64,000 nucleotides of DNA from Piedraia hortae CBS 480.64 (GCA_010093745.1 MU005969.1:124001-188000); one strand, 5' to 3'. Shown: positions 1-11,605, numbered from the stretch's first letter. Made by a program: numbers and translations. Notes: generated by a model from the letters alone, not told the origin.

Positions 1-294
1 CCAGCCACATTTGCCCCTCAGGCTGCCGCACCGCCCACGTTGGGATTTTGGATCCCTTGCTTTGGACCCTTCCACCATTCCGTGTTCGGTCGGAAAGTAG
101 TCTTGATCATGGGACAACTGGGAACGCACCATAAATTGCCTTGATTTCCACATGACAAAAGCGGTGCGATAACACTCACAGTCCACCGATACTCGCCGAA
201 ACGGCATGCTATTCTCTTAATCACAAGTGGCGTCCAAGATGTCCCACGACAACCGCAGAATGTTGTCGAGCGCCATATCAAAAGCGGCTCAACT

Positions 295-1225
295 GTGCAA
301 GGTCCAGCAAGAAAGCAGTCCGATGTGGTATTCAGACTAACCTTCGTGCGTGATGGGGATGAAAAGTGTTCCAACCGGACCACGGCAAGTGTTGTACCTA
401 TGTCGCAAGAGGCAGCTCCGAGACAAACTACTGCCTTAAAGCCTATGTGTGTCTCAACCCTAATGGGACGCATAATGCTGTATATCAGGAGTGGCCTTGA
501 CTTCGGTGCCGAAACAGTTCGAAAAGCCTTCAAGGAGCCCGGTTCAGAGCAATAAATGAAGAATGCGCCAGCACTGTCGAAGAATTCCATGGCTGATCGC
601 CTTCGGTGGGCCACTGAACACCTGTACTGGACCGTGGAGAATTGGAAGAAGTTCTTATTCTCCGATGAGACCAAGATCAGCCGTATAGCATGTGATGGTA
701 TGCAATGGTTGTGGGCTTCCCCTCACGAAGCCGGATCTGAAGAACACAATGTGCGGGACCCTATTCAATACGGGGGCGGCCGGTCCATTGAGTGCAACGT
801 TGTATTCCACCAGAATTATTCCAACCCGCTGAAACTAGAGTTGCAAATGGCGGAATTTGCCATTTCACTTGGCAAAGCTACCCTGATTTGGGGGTGCATG
901 TCAGAAGCCCGGATGGAAAAGTTCGACTTTGTTGTCGGACGAGTGAATGCAACGCAGTGCGCTGGCATACTGCGTAACAGTCTTCGGGGAAGCACGCGCT
1001 CTCTCCGCTGCTGCAAGTTCCAGCAGGACGGAGACAGCAAGCATATTTCCAAGCTTGCCCGGAACTGGTTTGAGGGTAAAGGAATCATCGTTCTGGACTG
1101 TCCCCTTACTTCCCGGGCCTCAATTCCATCGAGGCCCTGCGGGAAACTGTGAAGAGGCTCAATATGAGGCCATTGCCAAGAGCCAGGAAGCTTTGAAGGA
1201 GAGAATAGACAAGACATGGGCCTTC
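295..1225 (+). mobile_element. Degenerate Tc1/mariner (DD34E, Tc3-like) transposase pseudogene
   Basis: Tc1 motifs read across ORFs 295-555 and 556-1152: 'AETVRKAFK' (HTH end), 'RLRWA..H..WTVENWKKFLFSDETKI', 'GGG...LIWGCMS', 'FQQDGDSKH.SK...WF', 'VLDCP'. In-frame stop at 553-555 and a frameshift near 1105-1130. No TIRs identified. Confidence 0.88.
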
Positions 1226-1613
1226 GTCACACCTTGGAGGTCGACAGGGAAATCACTAACCCACCACAACACCAATCCTCCGGCAACTCAAATAATTCAA
1301 GAACAGCAGGCGGCTTCTGATGCTGAACGGAGGGTGGAGAACTTGAATGTGAAGCTCGAAGACAAGTGGGCCTATGATACAAGTGATGATGCGCACGTTA
1401 TCAGCCTCTATGCCAAGGTAAACTTCATCGTTAGATCCACGCCAAAGAACTACTTCGTGGTAGCATGGCTTAGCGAGTTCTCGGTAGTAGTTATAGGCAC
1501 AGCCACTATTCTCGTCAACGATGTGACATTCCACCTGAGCGATGTTTGGTAAGGCATCGTGCCGATGTGGTAAAGGCCAAGGGTGATATAACGAAGTATT
1601 CTGACCGCTAATC

Positions 1614-2867
1614 ATGTCGCGCAACCCATCGAACTGCATATTGGCCACTGCAGCAGTTGCTTCATCGGCTCCTGTTGTCGCCGCCGTTGTCGAACAGTCG
1701 CTCATCGACGAAGAAGATGATGATGTTCCTTACTCTCCTCCAGACGCACCGACCACGCTGGACAATGTCGGTGCCGGTGCAGTACCCACACGTCGTCTAG
1801 TCACTGGCCCATACGAGTACTGTGGTGCGCACACGCGCTCGAGGCAGAGCACCTTCCAGATCCTGATGGACAAGCTCATGGTGTTAGGCTTGTGGAACAC
1901 ACGGTTCAACGCGGACGAGAAGGTTTGCATGTTCTTGACCTACAGTCCAAACAAGAGAGCCCATCGCCAGCTGCGTAGCCTGTACCTGCATTCCTTGAAA
2001 TCTTTCACCCGGTTCATCAAGAAGGTCCTTGCTGCACTAATGCAGTACCAGGCGGCCGAAGGTCGGCAGCAACACTCATTGAAAACTCTGCCCGAGTCGA
2101 TGGAAGGCACGTATCGCTATTTCTAGGGCGCCTTAGGCGCGCTGGATGGCACGCACGTGCCTATTAGGATCCATGGTGAGGCTTCGGAGTCTAACTCCCA
2201 CCGCAACCGTCATGGTTTCCTCTCGCAGAACGTTCTGCTGGTCTGCACCTTCGACATGAAAATTACCTTTGTTCAGCCTGGGTTTGAAGGATCCGCAAAT
2301 GACAACAGATATTCGGCGAGAGCCGTCGAACACGGTTTCGACGTCCCGGAGAACCAGTTCTATCTCGCAGATGGTGGCTATTCCAGACGCAACCGCGTCT
2401 GGTTCCGTACTAACCCACTAGGTACCATCTTCGCGAGATTGAGAAAAGTCCACACTGGGATAGCGACAAAGAAGGGGTCGCGAGGGATTGGATTTCTTGC
2501 AATGATAACGTTGTCCGTACGTAGACCCTCCGTGGAAAAAGTCGGGGGTTTTGTACACTGCCGGCTTTTTCTCCTTAGTATCCCGGGCCCGTATCATCAT
2601 CGAAAAGGAGCACGTCTACCCCGCTCGCTTTCTCACCTGAAGGAGCGAAACAATGTCACGCTTCCCGCTGTGAAGATGGAGAAACGAACCGTGTCGCTCC
2701 AGCAGCCTAGTGCCAAGGACAAGCTCTTTAACCCATGTCACTTAACTCTTAGAAATGTCGTCGAGAGGTTGAACGGCGTTCTCAAGAAGAGGTGGAGGGT
2801 ACTCCGGGATCGGCCAGAGGAGGGCGTCACATTACAAAAACAGACCATGATCGTGTACGGATTCTAG
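1614..2867 (+). mobile_element. Degenerate PIF/Harbinger (DDE_Tnp_4) transposase pseudogene
   Basis: 'GALDGTHVPI', 'RNRHGFLSQNVLLVCTFDMKITFVQPGFEGSAND', 'FYLADGGYS', shifted-frame 'RYHLREI', then 'LFNPCHLTLRNVVERLNGVLKKRWRVL'. Stop at 2124-2126, frameshift near 2395, ~250-nt insertion at ~2450-2695. Confidence 0.9.
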
Positions 2868-3933
2868 GCCGCCTCGTCGTTGCAAGATCAGGGCACGGCG
2901 ATTTCAAGACTTGCCATGATTGTGGCATGTCACCAGTGTAGTACGCGATCATACCACACAGAACGTGCTTTTGTCCAGATATTTCGACCGCCTATCCAGC
3001 ATTCAGACTTTGCCTTTCCAGCCTGATGGCTTCGATTACTTCAGGAGTGGAATGAGGTCCAGGAGTTATTGGTATTGAGCTGGAAGGGCGGCCGCGTTCC
3101 CTGACAGGTTGAATGAATAGAAGCCCATCGCCTATTCCTGTAAAGTTCGATTGCGTCGATGAACAAAACCAGAGTGAGGGCGCGTCGTATATCTATAGTC
3201 GTAGTGCAGCATTTCCTGTTCTCCACGGATGGGGTTGCTTTGCCAAACGAGGCGAAGTTTTGCTGTTCATCTCACAAAGCACTTGCCGCCGGTATCCAGC
3301 TCGAGAAGATCCGTCGGGGTGGCTACACTTTGAAAGCCGTAGTGCATGGATATGGCCTCACGAGCCCGTAGAAGCCATGGCTGAGTTCATGTCAATTTCT
3401 GTGTATCCTTTTTCGCTGCCTCATGAGGGAGAAGGCAGTACATGAACGTGAATGTGGAAGGTCCGGATGTTAACAGACGGGTGACCACCCTGGAGCAGGA
3501 TTGCGCTTGGCCAAATCGTCTCGGTCAGGGGGTGGCGGTCAGATGCAGCGTCTGGCGGAGCTCTTATCGACACTGGGCTGAGAACAGAAGGTCCAGAGAT
3601 AGTTTGCCCTTTGCTATGCTCAGTTACATTGTTAGACTCATGAAATGGAGGGTTTTTCAACGGAGACAAGAGACTTTCTGTTGCGATAGCGGCAGCCCGA
3701 GCCTTATCGTTTCGGCACCATTCCACAAATAAATCGGCCAGTCCATGCATCTGCACGAGCCGTTGAAGATAGCTTCTTACAACGGTTACTGGAAATATGC
3801 ATTGCGAAATACTAGTATTCTATCCGTTCAGTGTTCGCGATGAGCCATCAGAAGCCAGCTGCTCATATTCTCCATCTGGGGTGCTCCAGAGTAAGTATAT
3901 TTAGATGTCCATAAAATGCCTACACGTTTAGAT

Positions 3934-4014
3934 CTCATCGTAAGCCACCCAAGACCCATGGCGTGCTGATGAAATTTTGCATCTGGGATGTGGGCGGGAT
4001 GAAAAAATTTCGCG
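3934..4014 (+). promoter_or_regulatory. Ribosome-biogenesis (RRPE/PAC-like) promoter motifs upstream of BRX1
   Basis: CTCATCG (reverse-strand PAC core GATGAG) at 3934-3940; TGAAATTTT at 3970; TGAAAAAATTTC at 4000-4011; ~120-195 nt upstream of a Ribi gene ATG. Confidence 0.5.
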
Positions 4015-4128
4015 CACAAATTTTGTGTGAAGATCCCACGAGCAGACCGTTCCGACACTAAGCCCAATACGGTATGAGAGACAACGTCCCACGAATTTCT
4101 CAATTCTCAACGAAGACAGAACTCCGCC

Positions 4129-5062
4129 ATGGCCTCAGTATACAAGACATTATCGAAACAGACCAGGCGACAGGACGGGGAGTCAAATGGACAAAGCCAG
4201 GCCATCTCCAAGACGCGCCAAAAGGTATTGATGCTATGTTCACGAGGCGTCAACTATCGGTATGTTGATTCTAACAGCAGGTTTAAGTCCATACTGATAT
4301 CTTAGCCACCGCCATTTATTAGCTGATCTCCATGCACTCATGCCACATTCCCGCAAAGAGTCCAAGCTGGACTCCAAAAACCGATTGAACCAGCTTAACG
4401 AGCTCGCGGAGCTGTACAACTGCAACAACGTCCTGTTCTTTGAAGCACGAAAGAAGACTGATCTCTATCTCTGGTTCTCCAAACCTCCAAACGGTCCAAC
4501 AATCAAAATGCACTGCCATAACGTCAACACGATGGAGGAACTCAACTTTCCGGGCAACTGCCTCAAGGGTTCACGGCCCATACTCAGCTTCGACGCCAAG
4601 TTCGATGCAATGGCGCATACACGACTAATCAAAGAGATGCTGACTCACACTTTCGGCGTGCCCAAGAGCAGTCGTAAGATCAAACCTTTTGTGGACCACG
4701 TTATGAGCTTCACCATAGCAGACGGCCGGATATGGGTACGATGTTATATGATCTCAGAGACTGACGCAGAGCGCAAATCGGGCGATAGCGATGTGTCTTT
4801 GCAAGAGATTGGCCCGCGGTTTGTCCTTACGCCGATTGTTATCCTAGAAGGCAGCTTCGGTGGACCGGTGATTTATGAGAATAAAGAGTTCGTCAGCCCC
4901 AATCAAATCCGATCAGATTTGCGCAGGGCAAAAGCTGGACGACACAACCGACGTGTTGAGGGTCTGGTAGAGCGAAAGGTGAAGAGGAGGGAATTGGGAC
5001 TTAGGACGGGAGAAGGAGGCAGGCAAGTGGACGAGCTGGACGATAGAGTGCTCTTTGCCTAG
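4129..5062 (+). CDS. BRX1: Brix-domain ribosome biogenesis protein Brx1 (2 exons; intron 4260-4305)
   Basis: Spliced product MASVYKTLSK...QKVLMLCSRGVNYR|HRHLLADLHALMPHSRKESKLDSK...'GNCLKGSRPILSFD', 'EIGPRFVLTP...GSFGGPVIYEN'. The GTATGT...TAG intron restores the frame. Confidence 0.96.
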
Positions 5063-5359
5063 GTTGCCTGAAGTAACAAGCAAGTACCGCTTCAATTCAG
5101 GGCTCGTCCGTACCTGTCATGACGACTGACAACCCGGTTCCCCGGTGTAGCGGTATGCAGTCTAGTCCAGATTCGCCTAAAAGATATGCAGACTAGTTGG
5201 TATGCGGTTAGTCGCACAGGGATCAAGCCCTTTGTGGGTATGCACTAACCCGAAGCAGCGCCGCACTGATGGAACGTCTTTGGTAACCACGACACGTGCT
5301 GCTACCTACGGAACGAGACCGGACTTTGGAGGTTCACCCCACAAACTCGCACCACCGCT

Positions 5360-5983
5360 ATGGCGGCAAAAATCCTCAGCAACGAATTTCAATCGTTGAG
5401 CAAGCAGCCCTGGACCAACATCTCTCTCATTGACGACAACATCTTCGCTTGGAGCGTTGCGTTGATAGTGCTTGATCCCGACTCACTGTACTATGGCGGC
5501 TACTTCAAGGCCAAGATGACTTTTCCAGAAAACTATCCCTACGCCCCGCCCGAATTCAAATTCGTAACGCCGCTCTGGCATCCAAACATCTACCCGGACG
5601 GCCGTCTGTGCATGAGCATCCTGCATCGGCCAGGAGAGGACCAGATGAGCGGGGAGCTGGCCGCCGAGAGATGGAGCCCCGTGCAGCGGGTCGAAAGCGT
5701 ACTTATCTCCGCCCTCAGTCTGCTGGATGATGCGGAAACAAGCAGCCCAGCCAACGTCGACGCCAGCGTGCAGCTGCGAAGAAATCCCCAGGCTTACCGC
5801 GAGCGCGTCCGGCAAGATCGGGACAGAAGCAGGGCCGACATACCAGAGGGCTTTGTGATGCCGACCCACGAAACCGCATTCAAGCACAAGGTAGAGACGG
5901 AGACGCCGGACGAATTCAGTTGGTCTGACAGTGAGGTGGAGGATTTTGGCCTCAGCGAATCGGAGGATGAAACAAAATCCTAA
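5360..5983 (+). CDS. Ubiquitin-conjugating enzyme E2, Cdc34/Ubc15-type with acidic tail
   Basis: 'YYGGYFKA...FPENYPYAPP...HPNIYPDGRLCMSILH', the Cdc34/Ubc7-type loop insert 'PGEDQMSGELAAERWSPVQ', and an acidic C-terminus. Confidence 0.93.
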   Translation: MAAKILSNEFQSLSKQPWTNISLIDDNIFAWSVALIVLDPDSLYYGGYFKAKMTFPENYPYAPPEFKFVTPLWHPNIYPDGRLCMSILHRPGEDQMSGELAAERWSPVQRVESVLISALSLLDDAETSSPANVDASVQLRRNPQAYRERVRQDRDRSRADIPEGFVMPTHETAFKHKVETETPDEFSWSDSEVEDFGLSESEDETKS

Positions 5984-6127
5984 CCCTATCTGTAGACAGA
6001 CGTCACATCAGCATCACATTAACAAACTCACCGGGCAAGCACCATGTTCCGTGCCCTTGTTCCACCGCCTTTTCCGTGCAAAGTGTAGTTTCCCCCAATT
6101 TGCACCACCGTTTTGTAGACGCCCACA

Positions 6128-8155
6128 ATGGCTGCAGAACCGACAGATGAACAAGTGGCTATGCTGCAAAGCGTTTGCGAGTGTGATGATCGTGCCCTGG
6201 TGGTGAGGGCATTAAAGGCCTGCAGAAATGATACGAACGAGGCTGCCAACATGATTTTCAGCAACAATGTACCGCCAGAGGATTTGAACGTCATGTCTGC
6301 TGAGCACGTTGGCGATATTGAAGAGGGGCAGGTTGAAGAAACGCCGTCTAAGATTCCGTCTCTACGCACTCCGCCTTCTCGACGCCCGTCGCGGACCTCT
6401 ATGAGGCCCCAGAATTCCACGTACGATGAGTCAGAAGGGAAACAACTGAAGCAATTTGGTGTGCAACTAGGAACATGCCTTCCGTCTTCCTCAACGGAGA
6501 AACCATTTTCGGAACTGCCTGAACAGCGAGTTTTGGACCGCATGATCGGTCATAACGAGCCGAGAATGCTGAAGCCCACTGACGAGGCCCAATATCTCGC
6601 CAATTTCCTGACCATCTGCCATTTCACTCCTGGCGCGCGGAACGACTTGCTCTGGAGCCTCCACAAGCTGGAGTACTATGGACAACACGACATGTGGTGG
6701 AGAGGCAGTCCCATCTCGTCCCACCGGTTCGATTCATCCGGCACGGAAAATACTCCTGCTTCTGATGTCGTGGCTGAAGTGCAACGCCTTATGGCCTATC
6801 TGGATATAAGCGATCGTAGCTACGCATCCATTATGGCTTTGGTGCAGATTGCAGCCCTGAAGGACCATAATTCGCGTCAAAGCCCCATCGAGCTGTTTCT
6901 GACAAAATGGCTGAAAGCAATTGAGCAGCTGCATGATGAACCGCGCGACAGCATTTTCCAGCTGCGGCCTGAATCAATACCGCTGTCTGGAGAAGAATCT
7001 AGCACCGAACACGCTGCCGATACCTGCTTTGTGCGCCTGGATCTGTCCTCGTTGCCAGAGGGGAACGACAAGGACCTTGCAATGGTCTTGTACTCTTATC
7101 TGTCCGAATCGGAGAAGCCGAATCAGTACTTCCGCAAGCCTCAGGGGCTCCTTGTCTTTGAACTGTGCCGCACCGGAGCAAACAGACTTGATATGCAGGC
7201 TCCTTATACTCTTTACGTGGACGGCTTCGAAGACGTTGCCAATTCTGCTGGGGAGATGGGGCCGCTTCGTAAGCGTAGCCAATTACTGCGAACTGTGCGG
7301 GAGAAGTTGGAAAACTACAAAATGCCAGAGGATGGCAACGTGGATGCCCTAACCATGTCGACAATGGCCGTCAAGTTTCTATCTGGCGACAACCTGCCCG
7401 TAGATGAAGGCCTGGAGGCGCGTCCCGAGCATCATGCCAAGCTCGCAAAACGTTTAGAACAAGTCAATAGCAATATCCAGGCCAGAATCGCAGAGATCAA
7501 ATCGGCTGAAGCCGAGACGTTGTCCCGTATTCGCAAACTCGTGAATCCAAAGGAAGGGAAGCAGAGATATACGCTCTATGGCATAGCCACGAAGCCGAAT
7601 GCCATGTACATTCTGCAGCCGTGTGAAGACGAGGAACACAGAGAGAGAACGCACGACGAGCCGGCTTCAAACATGCAGTGGTGGCGACTCGATTTTCAAC
7701 AAAGGGCGACTGGAGCTTCAGTGAACAAGAACACGGTCGACCATGACACCGTACTGCAGGCCATAGGGCTCGAGCACGACGAAGCGCTCCTGGTCTATGC
7801 CAGTGATGAAGTCGCCTCTGCGGACCCGAAACCACTTTCCCAAGAGCTAAAGGACTTCATCACAGCCGACAACGCCCTCTTCGCTACGGAGATGATCGAC
7901 GCCGAGACTGCTGGACATGAGGCGACGACTCCCTCGCCGAAGCAGATGTTCCCCGGCAGCCGACGACGACAAAACAGCATGGACTCTATGATCGCAATGA
8001 ACGATTCTGACAGTAATGGGGATTCGCCCTTCCGCTGTCCGGTTCCTCTGCGAGTGCCCGGTGGCGACATGGACATGAGCGCTGATGACCCCGCTAACGA
8101 AATTGTGCATGAAATCAAACTCGACGATAAGCCAATGGAAATGGTGGAGAAATGA
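6128..8155 (+). CDS. Rup1/Ucp6-like ubiquitin-associated protein (N-terminal UBA-like segment)
   Basis: Intronless 675-aa ORF. N-terminal 'ALKACRNDTNEAANMIF' is UBA-like; family-like blocks 'LKP....YLANFLTICH..P.ARN.LL', 'YG....WWRG', 'EVQRLMAYLD.SDRSYAS', 'QWWR'. Confidence 0.7.
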   Translation: MAAEPTDEQVAMLQSVCECDDRALVVRALKACRNDTNEAANMIFSNNVPPEDLNVMSAEHVGDIEEGQVEETPSKIPSLRTPPSRRPSRTSMRPQNSTYDESEGKQLKQFGVQLGTCLPSSSTEKPFSELPEQRVLDRMIGHNEPRMLKPTDEAQYLANFLTICHFTPGARNDLLWSLHKLEYYGQHDMWWRGSPISSHRFDSSGTENTPASDVVAEVQRLMAYLDISDRSYASIMALVQIAALKDHNSRQSPIELFLTKWLKAIEQLHDEPRDSIFQLRPESIPLSGEESSTEHAADTCFVRLDLSSLPEGNDKDLAMVLYSYLSESEKPNQYFRKPQGLLVFELCRTGANRLDMQAPYTLYVDGFEDVANSAGEMGPLRKRSQLLRTVREKLENYKMPEDGNVDALTMSTMAVKFLSGDNLPVDEGLEARPEHHAKLAKRLEQVNSNIQARIAEIKSAEAETLSRIRKLVNPKEGKQRYTLYGIATKPNAMYILQPCEDEEHRERTHDEPASNMQWWRLDFQQRATGASVNKNTVDHDTVLQAIGLEHDEALLVYASDEVASADPKPLSQELKDFITADNALFATEMIDAETAGHEATTPSPKQMFPGSRRRQNSMDSMIAMNDSDSNGDSPFRCPVPLRVPGGDMDMSADDPANEIVHEIKLDDKPMEMVEK

Positions 8156-8332
8156 GCGTGGCCTTGATACAATCACGATTAGACGTGTAAACAGATGTAA
8201 TAGTAGTGGATAATCCTGTGCATTCTCATCAATGGCATACTGTATGTACTTTCATGGAAGCAATTGAACCATCTAAGAGAGTTTAACAAAAGCAGGACGC
8301 CTCTTCACATTACCATAGTCTACCAGACAGTC

Positions 8333-9849
8333 CTACTCCCCTTTATTAAACTGCACAAGAGCAAACTCCCCACTCCAAGCCCACTCCCTCGCCTTCTTAC
8401 CACCCCTCAACTCCTCATCCTTCCCTTCCGGCAAACCCACCACAACATCAGCCTTACAAGTCCTCAGTGCAAGAACATTCCCCCTCTTCAACGGCCCAAT
8501 CGCCTCCCTAAAACCCGTCGTGGGCTCCCACATACAATCCCCCACAAGCTTCCTATAATTCAAATCCCCCTTAAACACCACCAACCCCGACGCACACAAC
8601 TCCCCGTACAACCCCCTCTCCGCGTGGGGCATCCGCCAAAACGAACCCGGCTGCGTCCAGAACGCATTCGGCCTAAGAACCAACTTCCCCTCAGCATGCA
8701 GCTTGGTCCAATGACCCACCAACTCCCCCAACACCTCCCTCTCCTTCCCATCCAACTCCCACACGGGACTGGCGAGCGCATTGATCAACCCCGCAAAATC
8801 CCTCGGCACCACATCGGACACAAACCACGGAATATCCTTCGGATGAAGCACCACTTCCCTCGCCAACCCCGCCTCAAGCAAATACCCCGCGAAAATCAGA
8901 TCCGCAAAGAGCTCGAAACCGGCGTTATCGAGGATGATATCCACCCTACCGGGAGGTTCGGAAGTTAGGTGGACAAACGCGTCCGCGGAGTCGTTGACTA
9001 GGATCTTTGAGTCGGAGGATGTGCGATGGTTAGAGCTTTGGAGGTGGGTTAGTTGGTCTGGGGAGAGGGAGGTTAGGAGGCTTAGGTCCGTAGCGTTGCC
9101 CCAGAGGGAGATTTTTAGAATCTCGGTGAAGAGGGTTTCGGACGCTTCGAGGGTGGGGGGTTGGGTGGAGAGGGTGTGCAGGATGGAGACGTAGCGCTCC
9201 GCGAGCTCGAGAACGGCGGAGCGAGAGGAGTGGAAGGTTTGGGTTTTTTGGGTGGAGAAGACGTCGTATCCTTGCCAGCGTTGCGATTGGGAGAAGAGGG
9301 TTGCGAGGCGGCTAGGTGGGTTAGTTTCCGTTAGTTTTTTTTTTCCCTTGGGGGGAGATTGCGGATGGTATACCGGTAGAGGTAACATTCGGCATAAAGC
9401 CAGGAGACATTGAACCATTTTGGGTTGCCGCGTTGAGAGAGCTCGTGGTTGTAGATTTCGATGTCGGGTCCGTTGCCTTCGAGTGGGCTGTGGCTATGTT
9501 AGTTGGGTGGGTTTTGGTTGAGATGACGTACGTTAGCCGTCGGTCGTGTTGGACTTCGTATTTGAGGGTTGCAAGAGCTTTGGTGATGTGTTTGCCTTCT
9601 TCTTGACGGCTGGGATCTTCAGTTGCGGAGACGGCTTTGTGCAGATCGTCTATGGCTCCTGTCTGTATTACTTAGCTTGGTTGTTTCTGCGGTGGGAGGC
9701 TGCCCACCAGAATGACTGGCCAGCGGTCCCGGGCAGAAACATAGGCAAACGATGTCTTGTCGCTTGTCGAATACGGTTCTTCGGGAATCAGTATCTTTCC
9801 AGCTATATCGCCTCTTCCATTACTGACCAACGGGAGGATCAAACTCCAT
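8333..9849 (-). CDS. DUF89 / ARMT1-like damage-control metal-dependent phosphatase (5 exons)
   Basis: Spliced N-terminus MEFDPPVEPYSTSDKTSFAYVSARDRWPVIL|TGAIDD...; motifs 'WLYAECYLYR', 'SLWGNATDLSL', 'IILDNAGFELFAD', 'PWFVSDV', 'FKGDLNYRKL', 'LRTCKADVVVGL'. Four short GT-AG introns between ~9310 and 9830. Confidence 0.95.
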
Positions 9850-9951
9850 GTCGAAGTCGAAAGTTAAACTTTGCTAGTCTGGAAGATAAATACAGTAATC
9901 TTTTACAAGAAGAAGAGAAAAAAAAAACCCCCCCACCATCAATCATTCCAT

Positions 9952-10710
9952 TTACCGATATGGCTCTGCAAAAACGCTCTGTGAAAACGTGCGGTCGTGT
10001 GAACGCGGACTTAATGCACTGGGTGCGACATAAGTGGAACCTCCAGCCGGCCACGACGTTGAAATCTGCATACTGTTCCGCGCACGGCCCTGGTGAAGAG
10101 ATTCTTTTAAGTCGTCGTCCGCTGACGGGCCGTTGCTTGAACGATACCAATGTTTTGTGTAGGGCTTATCCTTGACCGGCTCAGCCTGGACCGGGATATT
10201 CCATGTATCTGGAAAAACGGGTGGCTTTGCGCGAGGTAGTTCGCCTGTTCGTCGATAGTCCAGGACCAACTTCGTACTAATAATGGTCGTGCCCACGAAT
10301 AAAACACATATGAGACCTGCCAGGCCGATTCTGCCGATCCGAACGTGTTCAAAACTAGTGACTTGGCCCTTGGACACGGCTAAAGTGATGACAACGACTG
10401 CTATGAACCAGAGGATGGCGAAAACGAGATCGACGACAGCGTGGATATAAATGCTGCGTCCTGTCCAGGCCGCATTTCGCAAAGAACCCATAAGTTGGTA
10501 GATCAAAGCAATCACGGTACAGAAGCACTATAATCTGGTTAGTTGGACGCCTCAATGTTCATACATAACTCTTACCAGGCCCAAGAGATACTGAGATTCG
10601 CCTGCAAACCTTACGCTCTTGGCCACAACCACAATCCCTGCACATCCTTCAATCGTCATAAAGAGGCTCTGAGCCGCATGGAGGCCAGCTTTGACCTTTA
10701 GAATCGGCAT
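9952..10710 (-). CDS. MARVEL-like 4-TM membrane protein (intron 10528-10575)
   Basis: Exon 1 MPILKVKAGLHAAQSLF... splices in frame to the 9952-10515 ORF; hydrophobic helices and 'AVVDLVFAILWFIA', typical of fungal MARVEL proteins. Confidence 0.7.
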
Positions 10711-10987
10711 CGTGTCTAGTAAGCAGATCTACTGCGAACAGAGAGAGTGATACAGGAGAAAAGAGTGTGAGTCTCTGGGGGAAAAGAGCCCGCTGCACAG
10801 GCCTGGTCATGCTTTATTTGGTTCCCCCCCTCTCGAGACATGGCCGTGTTCCCAATTTGAGACAGGGCAGTGCTTCAAAGGCTGCGACAGGAATAGGGGC
10901 GGATAAACGGTGCGGGCCGCCAACGTGCGGCGGTCCGACCCGTAGCTGATCCTGGCCCAGATGTTGAACGGCCAAACGACTTACGCA

Positions 10988-11605
10988 ATGGACACCTACA
11001 CCCACTATCCGCTGCACGTTGATGCAAACAAGGCTGTCTCAGCCTCTGACGCGGCCATTGCAGAACATGTCGAAGCTGTGAACCGGACACACCGCCAGAT
11101 CCAGGCGCTGGAAACGCCGATGCCGATGCCTCCGCCTCCCGTACACGTAAACCCCAAGCGGTCCGTACAAATCAAGAAGCTAAAGGACACTGGAAATACA
11201 AGCTTCAAGAAGGGCGCGTATGCCGAAGCGCTGAAGATGTACGACCTGGCTATCCGTATGGCGACTGAGCGGCCGCATTGGGAACCGTCCAATCTGTTCC
11301 GGGAAGAGCTCTGTCAGCTGCACAACAACCGGGCGCAGGCCTACATGAGCCAGCAAATGTGGCCCGAAGCCATGATCGATGCCGACGTCAGCATAGAGTG
11401 CAAGCGCGTGGGAAATGCAAAAGGCTGGTGGCGCAAGGCAAAGTGTCTGCAGAATATGGGACGCCTGGAAGAGGCTGTTGAGTGCACAAACACCGGACTA
11501 GAATACGAGTCTTCCAGCCAGAATGCCGACAAAGCCGGTCTCGCGGAGCTCACCACCTTGGTACGAGAGATCAATGCTGCCATGCAGAGCAGGCCGTCGA
11601 CTTAG
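10988..11605 (+). CDS. SEC72: Translocation protein Sec72 (TPR subunit of the Sec62/63 complex)
   Basis: 'PPPPVHVNPKRSVQIKKLKDTGN', 'RPHWEPS.L.REEL..L..NRAQA', 'KGWWRK'. Confidence 0.92.
   Translation: MDTYTHYPLHVDANKAVSASDAAIAEHVEAVNRTHRQIQALETPMPMPPPPVHVNPKRSVQIKKLKDTGNTSFKKGAYAEALKMYDLAIRMATERPHWEPSNLFREELCQLHNNRAQAYMSQQMWPEAMIDADVSIECKRVGNAKGWWRKAKCLQNMGRLEEAVECTNTGLEYESSSQNADKAGLAELTTLVREINAAMQSRPST

Noticed and set aside
5144..5235. tRNA-like A-box (GGTGTAGCGGTA) and GGATCAAGCCC
   Set aside because: No cloverleaf with proper acceptor stem and TTC T-loop could be built.
8264..8968. 234-aa Pro/His/Leu-rich + strand ORF
   Set aside because: Antisense shadow of the G-rich 3' half of the DUF89 gene.
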